A stretch of DNA of 64,000 nucleotides from an uncultured Planctomycetia bacterium (GTDB taxonomy: Bacteria; Omnitrophota; Gorgyraeia; Tantalellales; Tantalellaceae). The stretch spans positions 10,390-74,389 of the forward strand of contig CAYPCX010000009.1 of the NCBI GenBank assembly GCA_964409365.1, in the 5' to 3' direction. Positions 17,307 through 26,759 of the stretch are shown one piece after another. The notes under the pieces are model-generated. The model was not told where the DNA came from. It searched no databases and saw only the letters and a program-made list of their open reading frames with translations. Each line of letters opens with the position of its first letter. The first letter of the stretch is position 1. The position numbers were made by a program, and so were the translations under genes.

Positions 17307-19760
17307 ATGGAGAACAAACAGCCAAAAGACGAGAACATCGTCGAAAGTCTGAAGAACGCTTTTATCCATAACCGCAGGTTCTCCCTCGCGAAGGACCTTT
17401 ATACCGCTACCGATCACGATAACTTCCAGTCGCTCGCGATGTCCATACGGGACCGCATGATAGAGAAGTGGATACTTACCCAGCAAAGGTACCATGACGA
17501 GAATTGCAAGCGGGTGTACTATCTTTCCATGGAGTTCCTCCCCGGACGGTTCCTTGCCAACAACATACTGAACCTGGGCCTGGAGGACGAATCCAAAAGG
17601 GCCATGCAGGAGCTGGGGTTCAGCGTGGAGGACCTTTACGAACGGGAGAAGGATCCCGGGCTCGGTAACGGAGGCCTGGGCCGGCTCGCGGCGTGTTTCA
17701 TGGATTCCATGGCTACTATCGGCATAGCGGCTACCGGTTACGGCATCAGGTACGACTACGGCATTTTCAACCAGAAGATCATGAACGGTTACCAGGTAGA
17801 ATACCCGGACGAATGGCTGAAGCTGGGCAACCCCTGGGAGTTCGAAAGGCCGGAACTCACCCACAAGGTGAGTTTTTACGGCAAGACGGCCAAACGCGTG
17901 GATAAAGGCGGCAGGTTCCGGGTGGACTGGATAGATACCAGGGACGTGACGGCGGTAGCTTATGACACGCCCATAGCGGGGTACAGGAACGATGTGGTGA
18001 ACAACCTGAGGCTCTGGTCAGCCAAGAGCACGGATGAGTTCGATCTGGATTATTTCAATACCGGGGACTATATAATGGCCTGCCAGGATAAGATAGTCTC
18101 CGAGAACATCTCCCGTGTCCTGTATCCCAGCGACAACATATATAAAGGGCTTGAGCTGCGCCTGAAACAGGAGTATTTCTTCACGTCGGCGTCGGTGCAG
18201 GACATAATACGCCGTTTCAAGATGCATAACGAGGACTTCCGCACGTTTCCCGATAAGGTCGCTATCCAGCTTAACGATACGCATCCGGCCGTGGGAATAG
18301 TGGAACTCATGCGGATCCTCATAGACGACGAAGACCTCGACTGGGAAACGGCGTGGGACATCACCGTGAGGACTTTCGGGTACACGAACCATACCATCAT
18401 GCCCGAAGCGCTGGAGACCTGGCCCGAATCGCTTTTCGGCAAGCTCCTGCCGAGGCATATGGAGCTTATTTACGAAATAAACAAACGCTTCCTGAGAGAA
18501 GTGACCAGCCGTTTTCCCCATGACCGCAAAAGACTGCAGAGGATGTCCATTGTAGAAGACGGCCCGGAGAAAAAAGTGAGGATGAGCCATCTTTCGATAG
18601 TGGGGAGCCACTCCATCAACGGTGTTTCCCAACTGCACACGGAACTTCTCAGGACCACGCTTTTCAAGGATTTTTACGAGCTTTACCCGCGTAAGTTCAA
18701 CAACAAGACCAACGGGATAACGCAGAGGCGATGGCTCAGAAAAGCGAACCCTCTTCTTTCGAAACTTATAAGTTCCACAATAGGTGAAGAGTGGGTAACG
18801 GACCTGGTGAAGCTGAAGAAGCTGGAACCATACGCGCAGGACCAGTCCTTCGGGGAAAGATGGAGAGCCGTCAAGACGGAGAACAAGATACGCTTCGCCA
18901 GGTTCATCAAAGATAAGAGCGGTATAGTGGTAGACCCTTATTCTATTTTTGATGTCCAGGTGAAAAGGATACATGAGTATAAACGGCAGACGCTTTTCGC
19001 GTTCTTTCTCATAGCCCAGTACCTAAAGATAAAGAATAATCCCAACGGAGACATCGTTCCCAGGACGGCGGTGATAGCCGGGAAGGCGGCCCCGTCCTAT
19101 GTCATGGCGAAACTTGTCATAAAGTTCATCAATAGTATTGCCGACGTGATCGACAAGGACCCCACCGTCAAGGACAAGCTGAAGGTGGTCTTCCTGGAAA
19201 ATTACGGTGTGTCACTGGCGGAGAGAGTATTTCCCGCGAGCGACCTTTCAGAGCAGATATCCACGGCCGGGAAGGAAGCGTCCGGGACGGGTAACATGAA
19301 ATTCATGCTTAACGGTGCGGTCACTATGGGCACGTGGGACGGAGCCAATATAGAGATCGCCGAGGAAGTAGGGCTCGATAACATTTTTATTTTCGGGCTT
19401 AAAGCGCACGAAGTGGCGGAACTGAAGAAAAAGGGGTATAACCCGCGGGATTACGTACAGAAGAATCCCCTGCTCAGCGAGGCGCTAAACCTGATCCGGG
19501 AGGATTTTTTCTCGCAGTTCGAGCCGGGGATCTTCAAACCGCTGTATGATTCTCTTTTATGGCACGACGATTATATGGTCCTGGCGGATTTCGAGGATTA
19601 TTTATTCACGCAGGACAAGGCCGCGCAGGCGTTCCTCGACCAGGACGCCTGGACGGCACGATCCATACTGAACACCGCGAATTCCGGTAAGTTTTCAAGT
19701 GACAGGACCGTCCGTGAATACGCGGAAGATATCTGGAAAGTGGACCACAGGGCTCAATGA
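17307..19760 (+). CDS. glgP: Alpha-glucan (glycogen/maltodextrin) phosphorylase
   Basis: GNGGLGRLAACFMDS, TNHTIMPEALE and PLP-lysine motif EASGTGNMKFMLNGA. Confidence 0.9.
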   Translation: MENKQPKDENIVESLKNAFIHNRRFSLAKDLYTATDHDNFQSLAMSIRDRMIEKWILTQQRYHDENCKRVYYLSMEFLPGRFLANNILNLGLEDESKRAMQELGFSVEDLYEREKDPGLGNGGLGRLAACFMDSMATIGIAATGYGIRYDYGIFNQKIMNGYQVEYPDEWLKLGNPWEFERPELTHKVSFYGKTAKRVDKGGRFRVDWIDTRDVTAVAYDTPIAGYRNDVVNNLRLWSAKSTDEFDLDYFNTGDYIMACQDKIVSENISRVLYPSDNIYKGLELRLKQEYFFTSASVQDIIRRFKMHNEDFRTFPDKVAIQLNDTHPAVGIVELMRILIDDEDLDWETAWDITVRTFGYTNHTIMPEALETWPESLFGKLLPRHMELIYEINKRFLREVTSRFPHDRKRLQRMSIVEDGPEKKVRMSHLSIVGSHSINGVSQLHTELLRTTLFKDFYELYPRKFNNKTNGITQRRWLRKANPLLSKLISSTIGEEWVTDLVKLKKLEPYAQDQSFGERWRAVKTENKIRFARFIKDKSGIVVDPYSIFDVQVKRIHEYKRQTLFAFFLIAQYLKIKNNPNGDIVPRTAVIAGKAAPSYVMAKLVIKFINSIADVIDKDPTVKDKLKVVFLENYGVSLAERVFPASDLSEQISTAGKEASGTGNMKFMLNGAVTMGTWDGANIEIAEEVGLDNIFIFGLKAHEVAELKKKGYNPRDYVQKNPLLSEALNLIREDFFSQFEPGIFKPLYDSLLWHDDYMVLADFEDYLFTQDKAAQAFLDQDAWTARSILNTANSGKFSSDRTVREYAEDIWKVDHRAQ

Positions 19761-19779
19761 AAAGAGGGGGATAACTGCA

Positions 19780-20238
19780 ATGCAGAAAAGCAAAGGGGTG
19801 GCCTTTTTCGGCGTCGCGATCATAGTGCTCGGCGTGTATAACCTGATAGGCATAGGCAATTACAGGCAGTTCGCGCTGATGTTCAAGGGGCTCAGCAATC
19901 TCGTGTCGATATCAGCTTACGTTTTTACCATACTTTACGGTGTGTGCGGCATATATTGCGGCATAAAAATACTGCGCCTCGAGGATTGGGCGAGGAGAGC
20001 CATAATATGGCTGACAGTGGTCAGCGTCATAAGCGGGCTCGGGCTGAACAGGCCGGTCATGTCCAATTTCAGGGAAATGCTCTTCTCGGGCCAGCTGGGC
20101 GTCGAGCCGGACATGATGAGTCCGGTCTACAGGTACGCCATCGCGTTCACGGCTTTGGTGACCCTGTTCGAAATGTCAGTGATCTTCTTTTTTACCCGTC
20201 CGGGTGTCGTCAAGCAGTTCCGCCCCGAAAGCTCTTAA
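19780..20238 (+). CDS. Hypothetical 4-TM membrane protein
   Basis: Hydrophobic helices. Internal ATG chosen because the upstream part of the ORF overlaps the glgP 3' end. Confidence 0.45.
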   Translation: MQKSKGVAFFGVAIIVLGVYNLIGIGNYRQFALMFKGLSNLVSISAYVFTILYGVCGIYCGIKILRLEDWARRAIIWLTVVSVISGLGLNRPVMSNFREMLFSGQLGVEPDMMSPVYRYAIAFTALVTLFEMSVIFFFTRPGVVKQFRPESS

Positions 20239-20248
20239 TAAACGGATC

Positions 20249-22306
20249 ATGAAAAAATACGTTTTACACGAACCTACCGGCAAGGTAGAGACGCATATCG
20301 ATTTCAAGGGCAACCTTAACCCCCAGCAATACGAGGTGGTGACCGGTTCGGAAGGGCCGTGCCTGGTGCTCGCCGGGGCCGGGAGCGGCAAAACGCGCAC
20401 GCTTATATATCGCCTGGCGTATCTCCTGGAACGCGGTGTGCCCGCGAAGAACATCATCCTCATGACGTTCACCAACAAGGCCTCGCGGGAGATGCGGGAC
20501 AGGACGGAGATGCTCCTGCGCTATACTCCCAAGGGGTTGTGGAGCGGCACTTTTCACCACGTGGGCAACCGCTCTCTCAGGATGTTCGCTTCCCAGGTAG
20601 GGTTCAAGAGGGATTTCGGCATACTTGACCAGCAGGATTCGCGTGACCTTATAAAGGCCTGTATGAAAAAGCAGAGCAAGAGGGTCAAGGAGGAGAGGTT
20701 CCCGAAACCTTCCGTTGTCCAGTCGATAATAAGTTTCAGCGCAAATACCAAGAACTCGATCGAGGAGGTCCTGGACGAAAAGTATCCTTATTTTTTGAAG
20801 TTCACCGGGGACATAGAGGAGATCAGACAGATCTACGATAAAAAGAAAAAAGATTCCAACAATATGGATTACGATGATCTCCTCGTGAGGTGGAAGTGGC
20901 TCCTGGAGAACGTGCCGCAGGCAAAACGCAGGTTCACCGAGCAGTTCAGGTACATACTGGTCGATGAATACCAGGATACGAACTTCATCCAGGCGGATAT
21001 CATAGATATCTTAGCCGGGCACCACAGGAACGTGCTGGTAGTGGGTGACGACGCCCAGGCCATTTATTCGTTCCGCGGGGCACGCGTGGATAACATACTC
21101 AAGTTCCCGGACAGGTTCTCCGACGCCAGGATCTTCAAGCTGGAGACGAACTATCGTTCCACACCCGAAGTATTGGCGCTGGCCAACGATTCCCTGAAAA
21201 ATAACGTGAACCAGTTCTATAAGGAACTCAAAGCCGTTAACCCCTCTCTTGAAAAGCCCGCTCTCGTTGAGGTAAAGGACCTTTACGCCCAGGGGAATTT
21301 CGTGGCGCAGAGGGTGCTCGAGCTGAGGGAGGAAGGGATCGAGCTGGATAAGATAGCGGTCCTTTTCAGGGCGCACTACCAGTCCGCGGAGCTCCAGATG
21401 GAACTTGTAAAGAGGGGTATCCCTTACGTTGTGCGCGGCGGTATAAGGTTCTTCGAACAGTCGCATATAAAGGACGTCCTCTCTTACATGAAGATAATAG
21501 CCAACCCCACTGATGAAATATCGTGGATCAGGGCGCTGACACTCAGCCCGGGGATAGGCCCGGGATATGCCGAGAGGATATTTGACGCATTTCTCAAGTC
21601 AGGCGCGGATCTTGCCGCCTTCGTGAAAGCGGACATGTCCGGTATTATTCCCAAAAAGGCGGAAAGCGGATACGAAAGGTTCAGGAAAGTGATGGAGTCG
21701 GTCGCGCGCGAAGGTTCCAACGCCTCGCCCGGCGAGGTTATACAGATAATAATGGAGGCGGGATACGAGACCCACGTACTGGCGAATTTTGAGAACGCCA
21801 AAGACAGGATAGACGATATACGCGAGCTTGTAAACTTTTCACACGATTATGTGTCGCTTAACGATTTTCTGAACGATATAACTTTAAGGGAAAGCTTCCG
21901 CGGTGAGACCGTGCTGGAGACGGCGGAGGAGGACGAACAGCTGGTCCTTTCGACGATACACCAGGCTAAAGGTTTGGAGTGGGACGCCGTGATGGTAATA
22001 GGCCTTTGCGAAGGCCAGTTCCCGCACCCCAAGGCCCTGAAGGAAGACTCCGAGATGGAAGAGGAGAGGCGTCTTTTCTATGTTTCGGTGACCCGCGCGA
22101 AACAGTACCTGTATCTCGTTCATCCGGCGACGCGGTATGACTACCAGATGGGCCTGGTAGTAGCAAGGCGAAGCCGTTTCCTTGAGGAAATAGCGAGCGA
22201 CAATTACGAGGTGTGGGAAGTCGACTCATCATCGACCTCCGATAGCGAAAGCGGGCTTGGTAAATTTGATGACGATGACGATGTGGAGATCGTTATTGAT
22301 CTGTGA
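20249..22306 (+). CDS. UvrD/PcrA/Rep-type superfamily-1 DNA helicase
   Basis: GAGSGKTRTL Walker A, TFTNKA, VDEYQDTN, helicase motifs through VTRAK. Acidic C-terminal tail. Confidence 0.85.
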   Translation: MKKYVLHEPTGKVETHIDFKGNLNPQQYEVVTGSEGPCLVLAGAGSGKTRTLIYRLAYLLERGVPAKNIILMTFTNKASREMRDRTEMLLRYTPKGLWSGTFHHVGNRSLRMFASQVGFKRDFGILDQQDSRDLIKACMKKQSKRVKEERFPKPSVVQSIISFSANTKNSIEEVLDEKYPYFLKFTGDIEEIRQIYDKKKKDSNNMDYDDLLVRWKWLLENVPQAKRRFTEQFRYILVDEYQDTNFIQADIIDILAGHHRNVLVVGDDAQAIYSFRGARVDNILKFPDRFSDARIFKLETNYRSTPEVLALANDSLKNNVNQFYKELKAVNPSLEKPALVEVKDLYAQGNFVAQRVLELREEGIELDKIAVLFRAHYQSAELQMELVKRGIPYVVRGGIRFFEQSHIKDVLSYMKIIANPTDEISWIRALTLSPGIGPGYAERIFDAFLKSGADLAAFVKADMSGIIPKKAESGYERFRKVMESVAREGSNASPGEVIQIIMEAGYETHVLANFENAKDRIDDIRELVNFSHDYVSLNDFLNDITLRESFRGETVLETAEEDEQLVLSTIHQAKGLEWDAVMVIGLCEGQFPHPKALKEDSEMEEERRLFYVSVTRAKQYLYLVHPATRYDYQMGLVVARRSRFLEEIASDNYEVWEVDSSSTSDSESGLGKFDDDDDVEIVIDL

Positions 22307-22313
22307 GGAAAGT

Positions 22314-22730
22314 ATGGAAAGACAGTTTTCCGCCGGTGGCATAGTGATAAAAACAGAAGAAGGACGCTCCTGGGTGCTTCTCATCAAGGACAGCTACGGT
22401 CACTGGATCTGGCCCAAGGGGCATATAGAGCAGGGTGAGACCCCGGAAGAGACGGCTATAAGGGAAGTCTCTGAGGAGACTGGCCTGAAAAGCCTTCAGA
22501 TAGTTGAAAGAATAGGCAAACAGGAGTACGGGTTTTTTCTCGAAGGCAAACATATATTCAAGACGGTCTGCGTTTTCCTGATAAAAGCCGAGCCCCGGGA
22601 AGAGATCTCCGTGCAGAAGTCCGAGATAGCGGAGGGCTGCTGGTTCAGCCCGGAAGAAGCATTGAAAACTATAGAATACGAAGGGTCGCGGAACTTGCTT
22701 AAGAAGGCCATTGACCTATGGAACAAATAA
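22314..22730 (+). CDS. NUDIX hydrolase
   Basis: Nudix box GHIEQGETPEETAIREVSEETGL. Confidence 0.8.
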   Translation: MERQFSAGGIVIKTEEGRSWVLLIKDSYGHWIWPKGHIEQGETPEETAIREVSEETGLKSLQIVERIGKQEYGFFLEGKHIFKTVCVFLIKAEPREEISVQKSEIAEGCWFSPEEALKTIEYEGSRNLLKKAIDLWNK

Positions 22731-23341
22731 AGAGTATATTTTTTGATCTTGGCAACGTCGTTGTGAAATTGAGACCCGAAGCGCTGGAGGAAGGCTACAA
22801 AAGTTGCTGTAAGCTGGAAAAGGGCGCCTTTATCGATTTTATCACCGACATGGATTCAAGAGACATAAACCAGTACATGGAAGGCAAGATCACGTCTTCC
22901 CAGTTCTATAACCGGACCCGCCGCCGCTTTAAGATGGACATTTCCTTCCCGGATTTTTACCGCGTCTGGAACAGCATGTTCGACCATTACCCGGAGGTGG
23001 AAGAGATAATAAGGACGATCAAGAAGAAATACCCCGAGGTCAAGTTGATCCTGGTTTCCAACACCAACGAAGCGCATTATGAATATATAAAAGGTCAATT
23101 TAAGATACTTGAGCTTTTTGACGCCTGCGTGGTCTCTCACGAACATGGCAGGCAAAAACCCGTTCCCAGCATATTCAATGAAGCCATGCGCCTTTCCGGC
23201 AGCATGCCCAAGACCACTTTCTACACCGACGACCGTCTCGATCTTATTGAAGCGGCAAGAGTTATGGGTTTTCGAGCTTTCCAGTTCGTGGGGCATGAAG
23301 AGCTCCGCGCCCAGCTCGCCAAATGCGGCCTCCCCCTCTAA
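22718..23341 (+). CDS. HAD-superfamily hydrolase (YihX-like sugar-phosphatase subfamily)
   Basis: N-terminal FFDLGNVVV motif, as in YihX-type HAD-IA enzymes. Confidence 0.65.
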   Translation: MEQIKSIFFDLGNVVVKLRPEALEEGYKSCCKLEKGAFIDFITDMDSRDINQYMEGKITSSQFYNRTRRRFKMDISFPDFYRVWNSMFDHYPEVEEIIRTIKKKYPEVKLILVSNTNEAHYEYIKGQFKILELFDACVVSHEHGRQKPVPSIFNEAMRLSGSMPKTTFYTDDRLDLIEAARVMGFRAFQFVGHEELRAQLAKCGLPL

Positions 23342-23344
23342 CTT

Positions 23345-23371
23345 AACCCCCGGGATTCAACCCCCGGGGTT
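23345..23371. terminator. GC-rich hairpin between convergent HAD and era genes
   Basis: AACCCCCGGG-ATTCA-ACCCCCGGGGTT imperfect stem. No clear U tract. Confidence 0.3.
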
Positions 23372-23395
23372 GGATAATGGTGGAAGGGGTCGGGT

Positions 23396-24292
23396 TTATT
23401 CCGTGTACCCCATCTCTCTCAAGGCATCGGGGTCTTTCTTCCACTTTTCCTTCACCTTGACCCAGAGGTCGAGATACACGTGGCGCTGGAGGAGTTTCTC
23501 GATGTCGGCGCGCGCCATTTTACCTATTTTTTTCATCATCGCGCCTTTTTTGCCGATAAGGATGGATTTCTGTGATGTGCGTTCCACAAAGACGGTCGCG
23601 TAGATCATGAGGACATTGCGCTCTTTGTCTTCCTTCATATCGTCTATCACTACCGCGACGGCGTGGGGTATCTCTTCGTAAGTCTCGTTCAGGACCTTTT
23701 CCCTGATGATCTCGGCCATCATGAAACGTTCGCTTTTGTCCGTCAGCTCGTCCTCGGGATACATGAAAGGCCCTTCGGGGAGATACGTTTTAATGATCCC
23801 GAGAAGCTTGTCGAGGTCGGCCTGCTTGAGCGCGCACATGGGGATGATCTCGTCGAACGGGTAGGCTTCCCGCGCTTTCTGCATGATGGGAAGGAGGAGT
23901 TTCTTGTCTTTGACCTTATCGGCCTTGTTGATGATAAAAATGACCTTTTTGTCCTTTTTCGGGTCCGGCAGGCGTGCCAGGATGTTCTTGTCGTCCGCGT
24001 TGAACGCGTTCCTTTTCTCGGTTATGAACAGGATGATATCCGCTTCCATGAGGGTGGACTGCGCCCGCGTGAGCATGAGCTTTCCCAGGAGGTCATGGGG
24101 TTTGTGTATCCCGGGGGTATCGACAAAGACGATCTGCGAGTCCCCTTCGGAAAGGATGCCGCGTATGTTGTCCCGGGTGGTCTCGGGCTTCTTGCTGATT
24201 ATGGCGACCTTCTCCTTCAGAAGCCCGTTCAGAATAGTGGATTTCCCCACGTTAGGTTGGCCCGATATGGCTACGAATCCTGATTTAGGCAT
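23396..24292 (-). CDS. era: GTPase Era
   Basis: GQPNVGKST, DTPG, NKAD G-motifs plus a C-terminal KH domain. Confidence 0.9.
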   Translation of the reverse strand: MPKSGFVAISGQPNVGKSTILNGLLKEKVAIISKKPETTRDNIRGILSEGDSQIVFVDTPGIHKPHDLLGKLMLTRAQSTLMEADIILFITEKRNAFNADDKNILARLPDPKKDKKVIFIINKADKVKDKKLLLPIMQKAREAYPFDEIIPMCALKQADLDKLLGIIKTYLPEGPFMYPEDELTDKSERFMMAEIIREKVLNETYEEIPHAVAVVIDDMKEDKERNVLMIYATVFVERTSQKSILIGKKGAMMKKIGKMARADIEKLLQRHVYLDLWVKVKEKWKKDPDALREMGYTE

Positions 24293-24322
24293 GGCAGAAC
24301 AATTATATCACATAAAAAGGTG

Positions 24323-24350
24323 TTGGCAATTTGTGTTTTAGGCGTATAAT
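24323..24350 (+). promoter_or_regulatory. sigma70-like promoter TTGGCA-16-TATAAT upstream of mgtE
   Basis: Hexamers read directly in the era/mgtE divergent region. Confidence 0.45.
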
Positions 24351-24395
24351 AATAATTTAAGCGGCGCATATTATAAATAATAACGGTTGATACTT

Positions 24396-25769
24396 ATGGC
24401 GCAGAAAAAAAATCCCGCAAAAAAGAGAGAACCGACCTTTGAGGACAGGGTCCGTAAGCTCGCAGGTCTTCTTGAGGATTCCCGCCGTTCTGAGCTCCGG
24501 GCCCTTCTCGGGGAAATGGAGCCGGAGGATATAGCGGAAATCCTGGGGGAATTCTCTGTCGACGATAAGCTTATCATATTCAATTCCCTTGACGTTGGGA
24601 AAGCGGCCGTGGTCCTTGACGATACCGACTCCCCGACGCGTCTCCAGATCCTGCAGAAGCTCGACAGCGACAAGCTGGCGAAGATACTCGATGAGATGCC
24701 CGTCGACGAGGCGGCCGACGTGGTCGAAGAGGTCCCCGAAGAAGAACGCGAAGACATTCTCGATCTCATGGAAAAAGAGGACGCCGAAGAGGTCGAGGAG
24801 ATACTCAGTTATCCCGAGGACACCGCCGCGCGCGTCATGAACCCCGACTTCGTCTACGTCAGGGAAGAGAACGACGTAGAGGACGCGATAAGCCACATAA
24901 GGAGCCTGGAAATCGAGGGTGAGATATTCTACGTATATGTCGTTGACGACGAAATGAGACTTCGGGGGATAGTCCCGATAAGAAAGCTGCTTACCGCGCC
25001 CAAAGGCACGCTTATACACAGCATAATGGAGACGAAGGATATCCACTCGATCCTTGTGGACAAGGACCGGGAAGAAGCCGCGCTGATGATCAAAAAGTAT
25101 GACCTCACGTCCCTCCCCGTCGTGGACCACGAGGGAAAACTAGTGGGCCGGATCACCGTTGATGATATCATAGACGTCATAGACGAGGAAATGGCCGAAG
25201 ATATAAGCAGGATGACGGGGACTATCGAGGAGGAGCACGGCACCGAAACCACGATGAAGGCGACGCAGAACCGGCTTCCCTGGCTGATAACGTGCATGCT
25301 GGGAAGCATCATAACGGGGCTCGTGATACAGATGTTCGAGGTGACGCTCGAGGAGACCATCGCTCTTGTGTCGTTCATCCCCGTTATTACCGCTACGGGC
25401 GGGAACAGCGGCGTCCAGGCGTCCACCGTAGTTGTGCGGGGGATAGCCCTCGGGCACCTGGACCTCACAAAAATAGGCGAAGAGGTATGGAGGCAGCTCA
25501 AGATAGCGATAACCCTGGGGCTTGTCTGCGGCATAGTGCTTACGGCCCTGGCCAATTTCTGGAAAAGGAACAGCGTCGTGGGTATGATAGTGGGGCTTTC
25601 GATACTCCTGGTAGTGATATGGTCGAATATCACGGGCGTAGTGATACCCATGACGTTCAAGAAGCTCCGCATAGACCCGGCTATAGCGTCCGGGCCGCTT
25701 ATAACCACGATGAACGACGTAGTGGGAGTATTCATATATCTCAGTGTGGCGTCGGTATTCCTGGCTTGA
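24396..25769 (+). CDS. mgtE: Magnesium transporter MgtE
   Basis: MgtE N-terminal acidic domain, tandem CBS domains, C-terminal 5-TM MgtE domain. Confidence 0.9.
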   Translation: MAQKKNPAKKREPTFEDRVRKLAGLLEDSRRSELRALLGEMEPEDIAEILGEFSVDDKLIIFNSLDVGKAAVVLDDTDSPTRLQILQKLDSDKLAKILDEMPVDEAADVVEEVPEEEREDILDLMEKEDAEEVEEILSYPEDTAARVMNPDFVYVREENDVEDAISHIRSLEIEGEIFYVYVVDDEMRLRGIVPIRKLLTAPKGTLIHSIMETKDIHSILVDKDREEAALMIKKYDLTSLPVVDHEGKLVGRITVDDIIDVIDEEMAEDISRMTGTIEEEHGTETTMKATQNRLPWLITCMLGSIITGLVIQMFEVTLEETIALVSFIPVITATGGNSGVQASTVVVRGIALGHLDLTKIGEEVWRQLKIAITLGLVCGIVLTALANFWKRNSVVGMIVGLSILLVVIWSNITGVVIPMTFKKLRIDPAIASGPLITTMNDVVGVFIYLSVASVFLA

Positions 25770-25777
25770 AGCGCGTG

Positions 25778-25806
25778 TTGACACTTTTAAAAAGGTTGTG
25801 ATATAC
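25778..25806 (+). promoter_or_regulatory. sigma70-like promoter TTGACA-17-TATACT for the small membrane protein gene
   Basis: Read directly (about 1 nt uncertainty). Followed by AAGGAGG RBS. Confidence 0.45.
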
Positions 25807-25832
25807 TCGGATTTCATTAAAGGAGGTTAAAG

Positions 25833-26027
25833 ATGGGTAAAGTGTTGAGCCTTTTGATAGGCGCGATCGTGGCGATCGTAGGACTTATACTTCTTATCGC
25901 GTGGTGGTACGAACTTCTGTTCGTCCTCAGGGGGGTCATCCCGGCTATCCTTATACTGGGCGGTGTCATAGCCGTTATAGCCGGTTTCAGCGAACTCAAG
26001 GACGTCCTGAAGAGTAAAGGTGAATAG
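25833..26027 (+). CDS. Small (64 aa) two-TM membrane protein
   Basis: Strong RBS and promoter. Almost entirely hydrophobic. Confidence 0.5.
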   Translation: MGKVLSLLIGAIVAIVGLILLIAWWYELLFVLRGVIPAILILGGVIAVIAGFSELKDVLKSKGE

Positions 26028-26082
26028 TTCCCGGTTCTTTGCCCGGGCCGGTTTTATTATCCGAGATCAGAGGAGACCCGGT

Positions 26083-26658
26083 ATGTCCCTGTATTTTAGA
26101 ACCCTGCTGATCGTGTTGGTCCTTATCACTTCCTTTTTGTGCCAGGGGTGCGTGAAGGACAGGGCCGAAATGGAGAAAGAGATACTCGGCCACGACCCGT
26201 CTTTCCAGAAAGATCTGGATAAGCGGAATACGGTCCAGAAGGAGATCGCCTCGCTGGAGGCGGCTTACCGCCAGACGTGCATGAAGATAGACGAGGAGAT
26301 AACCGCTCTTAAAGAAAAAAAGACGCAGGTAAAGAACGAGTACCTTACCTCTCTGGATAAGCTTAAGCGGCAGGTAAACCCGGAGGTAAGGGAGCTGCAG
26401 CGCAACCTTCTGGACATGCAGCGCGATCACAAGCGGCAGAAAGAAGAGCTTGGCGACATCGACAGGGACATAAAAGAGATCAACTCCCTGATCAACAAAA
26501 AGGACCAGCTCGTGCTGACACAGGAGGAGGTAAAGACCTGGAACGAGCGGCTTGCTTCCCTGGCGGAGAAAAAGTCCGCGGCAGATTCCGAGATCGAACG
26601 TCTCGCGAAAGAGATCGAGATAACGAAGCTAAAAATAAAAGTATTGAGTATCAAGTAA
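26083..26658 (+). CDS. Coiled-coil lipoprotein (hypothetical)
   Basis: Signal peptide with lipobox-like LITSFLC, then heptad-rich K/E sequence. Confidence 0.45.
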   Translation: MSLYFRTLLIVLVLITSFLCQGCVKDRAEMEKEILGHDPSFQKDLDKRNTVQKEIASLEAAYRQTCMKIDEEITALKEKKTQVKNEYLTSLDKLKRQVNPEVRELQRNLLDMQRDHKRQKEELGDIDRDIKEINSLINKKDQLVLTQEEVKTWNERLASLAEKKSAADSEIERLAKEIEITKLKIKVLSIK

Positions 26659-26759
26659 TAAGTATCGAGTATTGAGTGTTGAGTTGTTAGTTATGAGTTG
26701 TACGACTAAAAACTAAGAACTAAAAACTAACAACTAAGATTTAACATCAAACATCTGAT
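26641..26759. repeat. Heptamer-phased repeat block upstream of purH; left partner of an inverted pair with 29675-29750
   Basis: Units AGTATNG..., AGTTGTT, then NAACTAA x5, all in 7-bp register. Confidence 0.8.

Noticed and set aside
16521-17864. A 447-aa minus-strand ORF spanning GH130 and the glgP 5' end.
   Set aside because: Antisense across two confidently assigned genes.
24323-24395. Possible Mg2+ riboswitch (M-box) upstream of mgtE.
   Set aside because: The leader between the predicted promoter and the ATG is only about 45 nt, far too short for an M-box aptamer.
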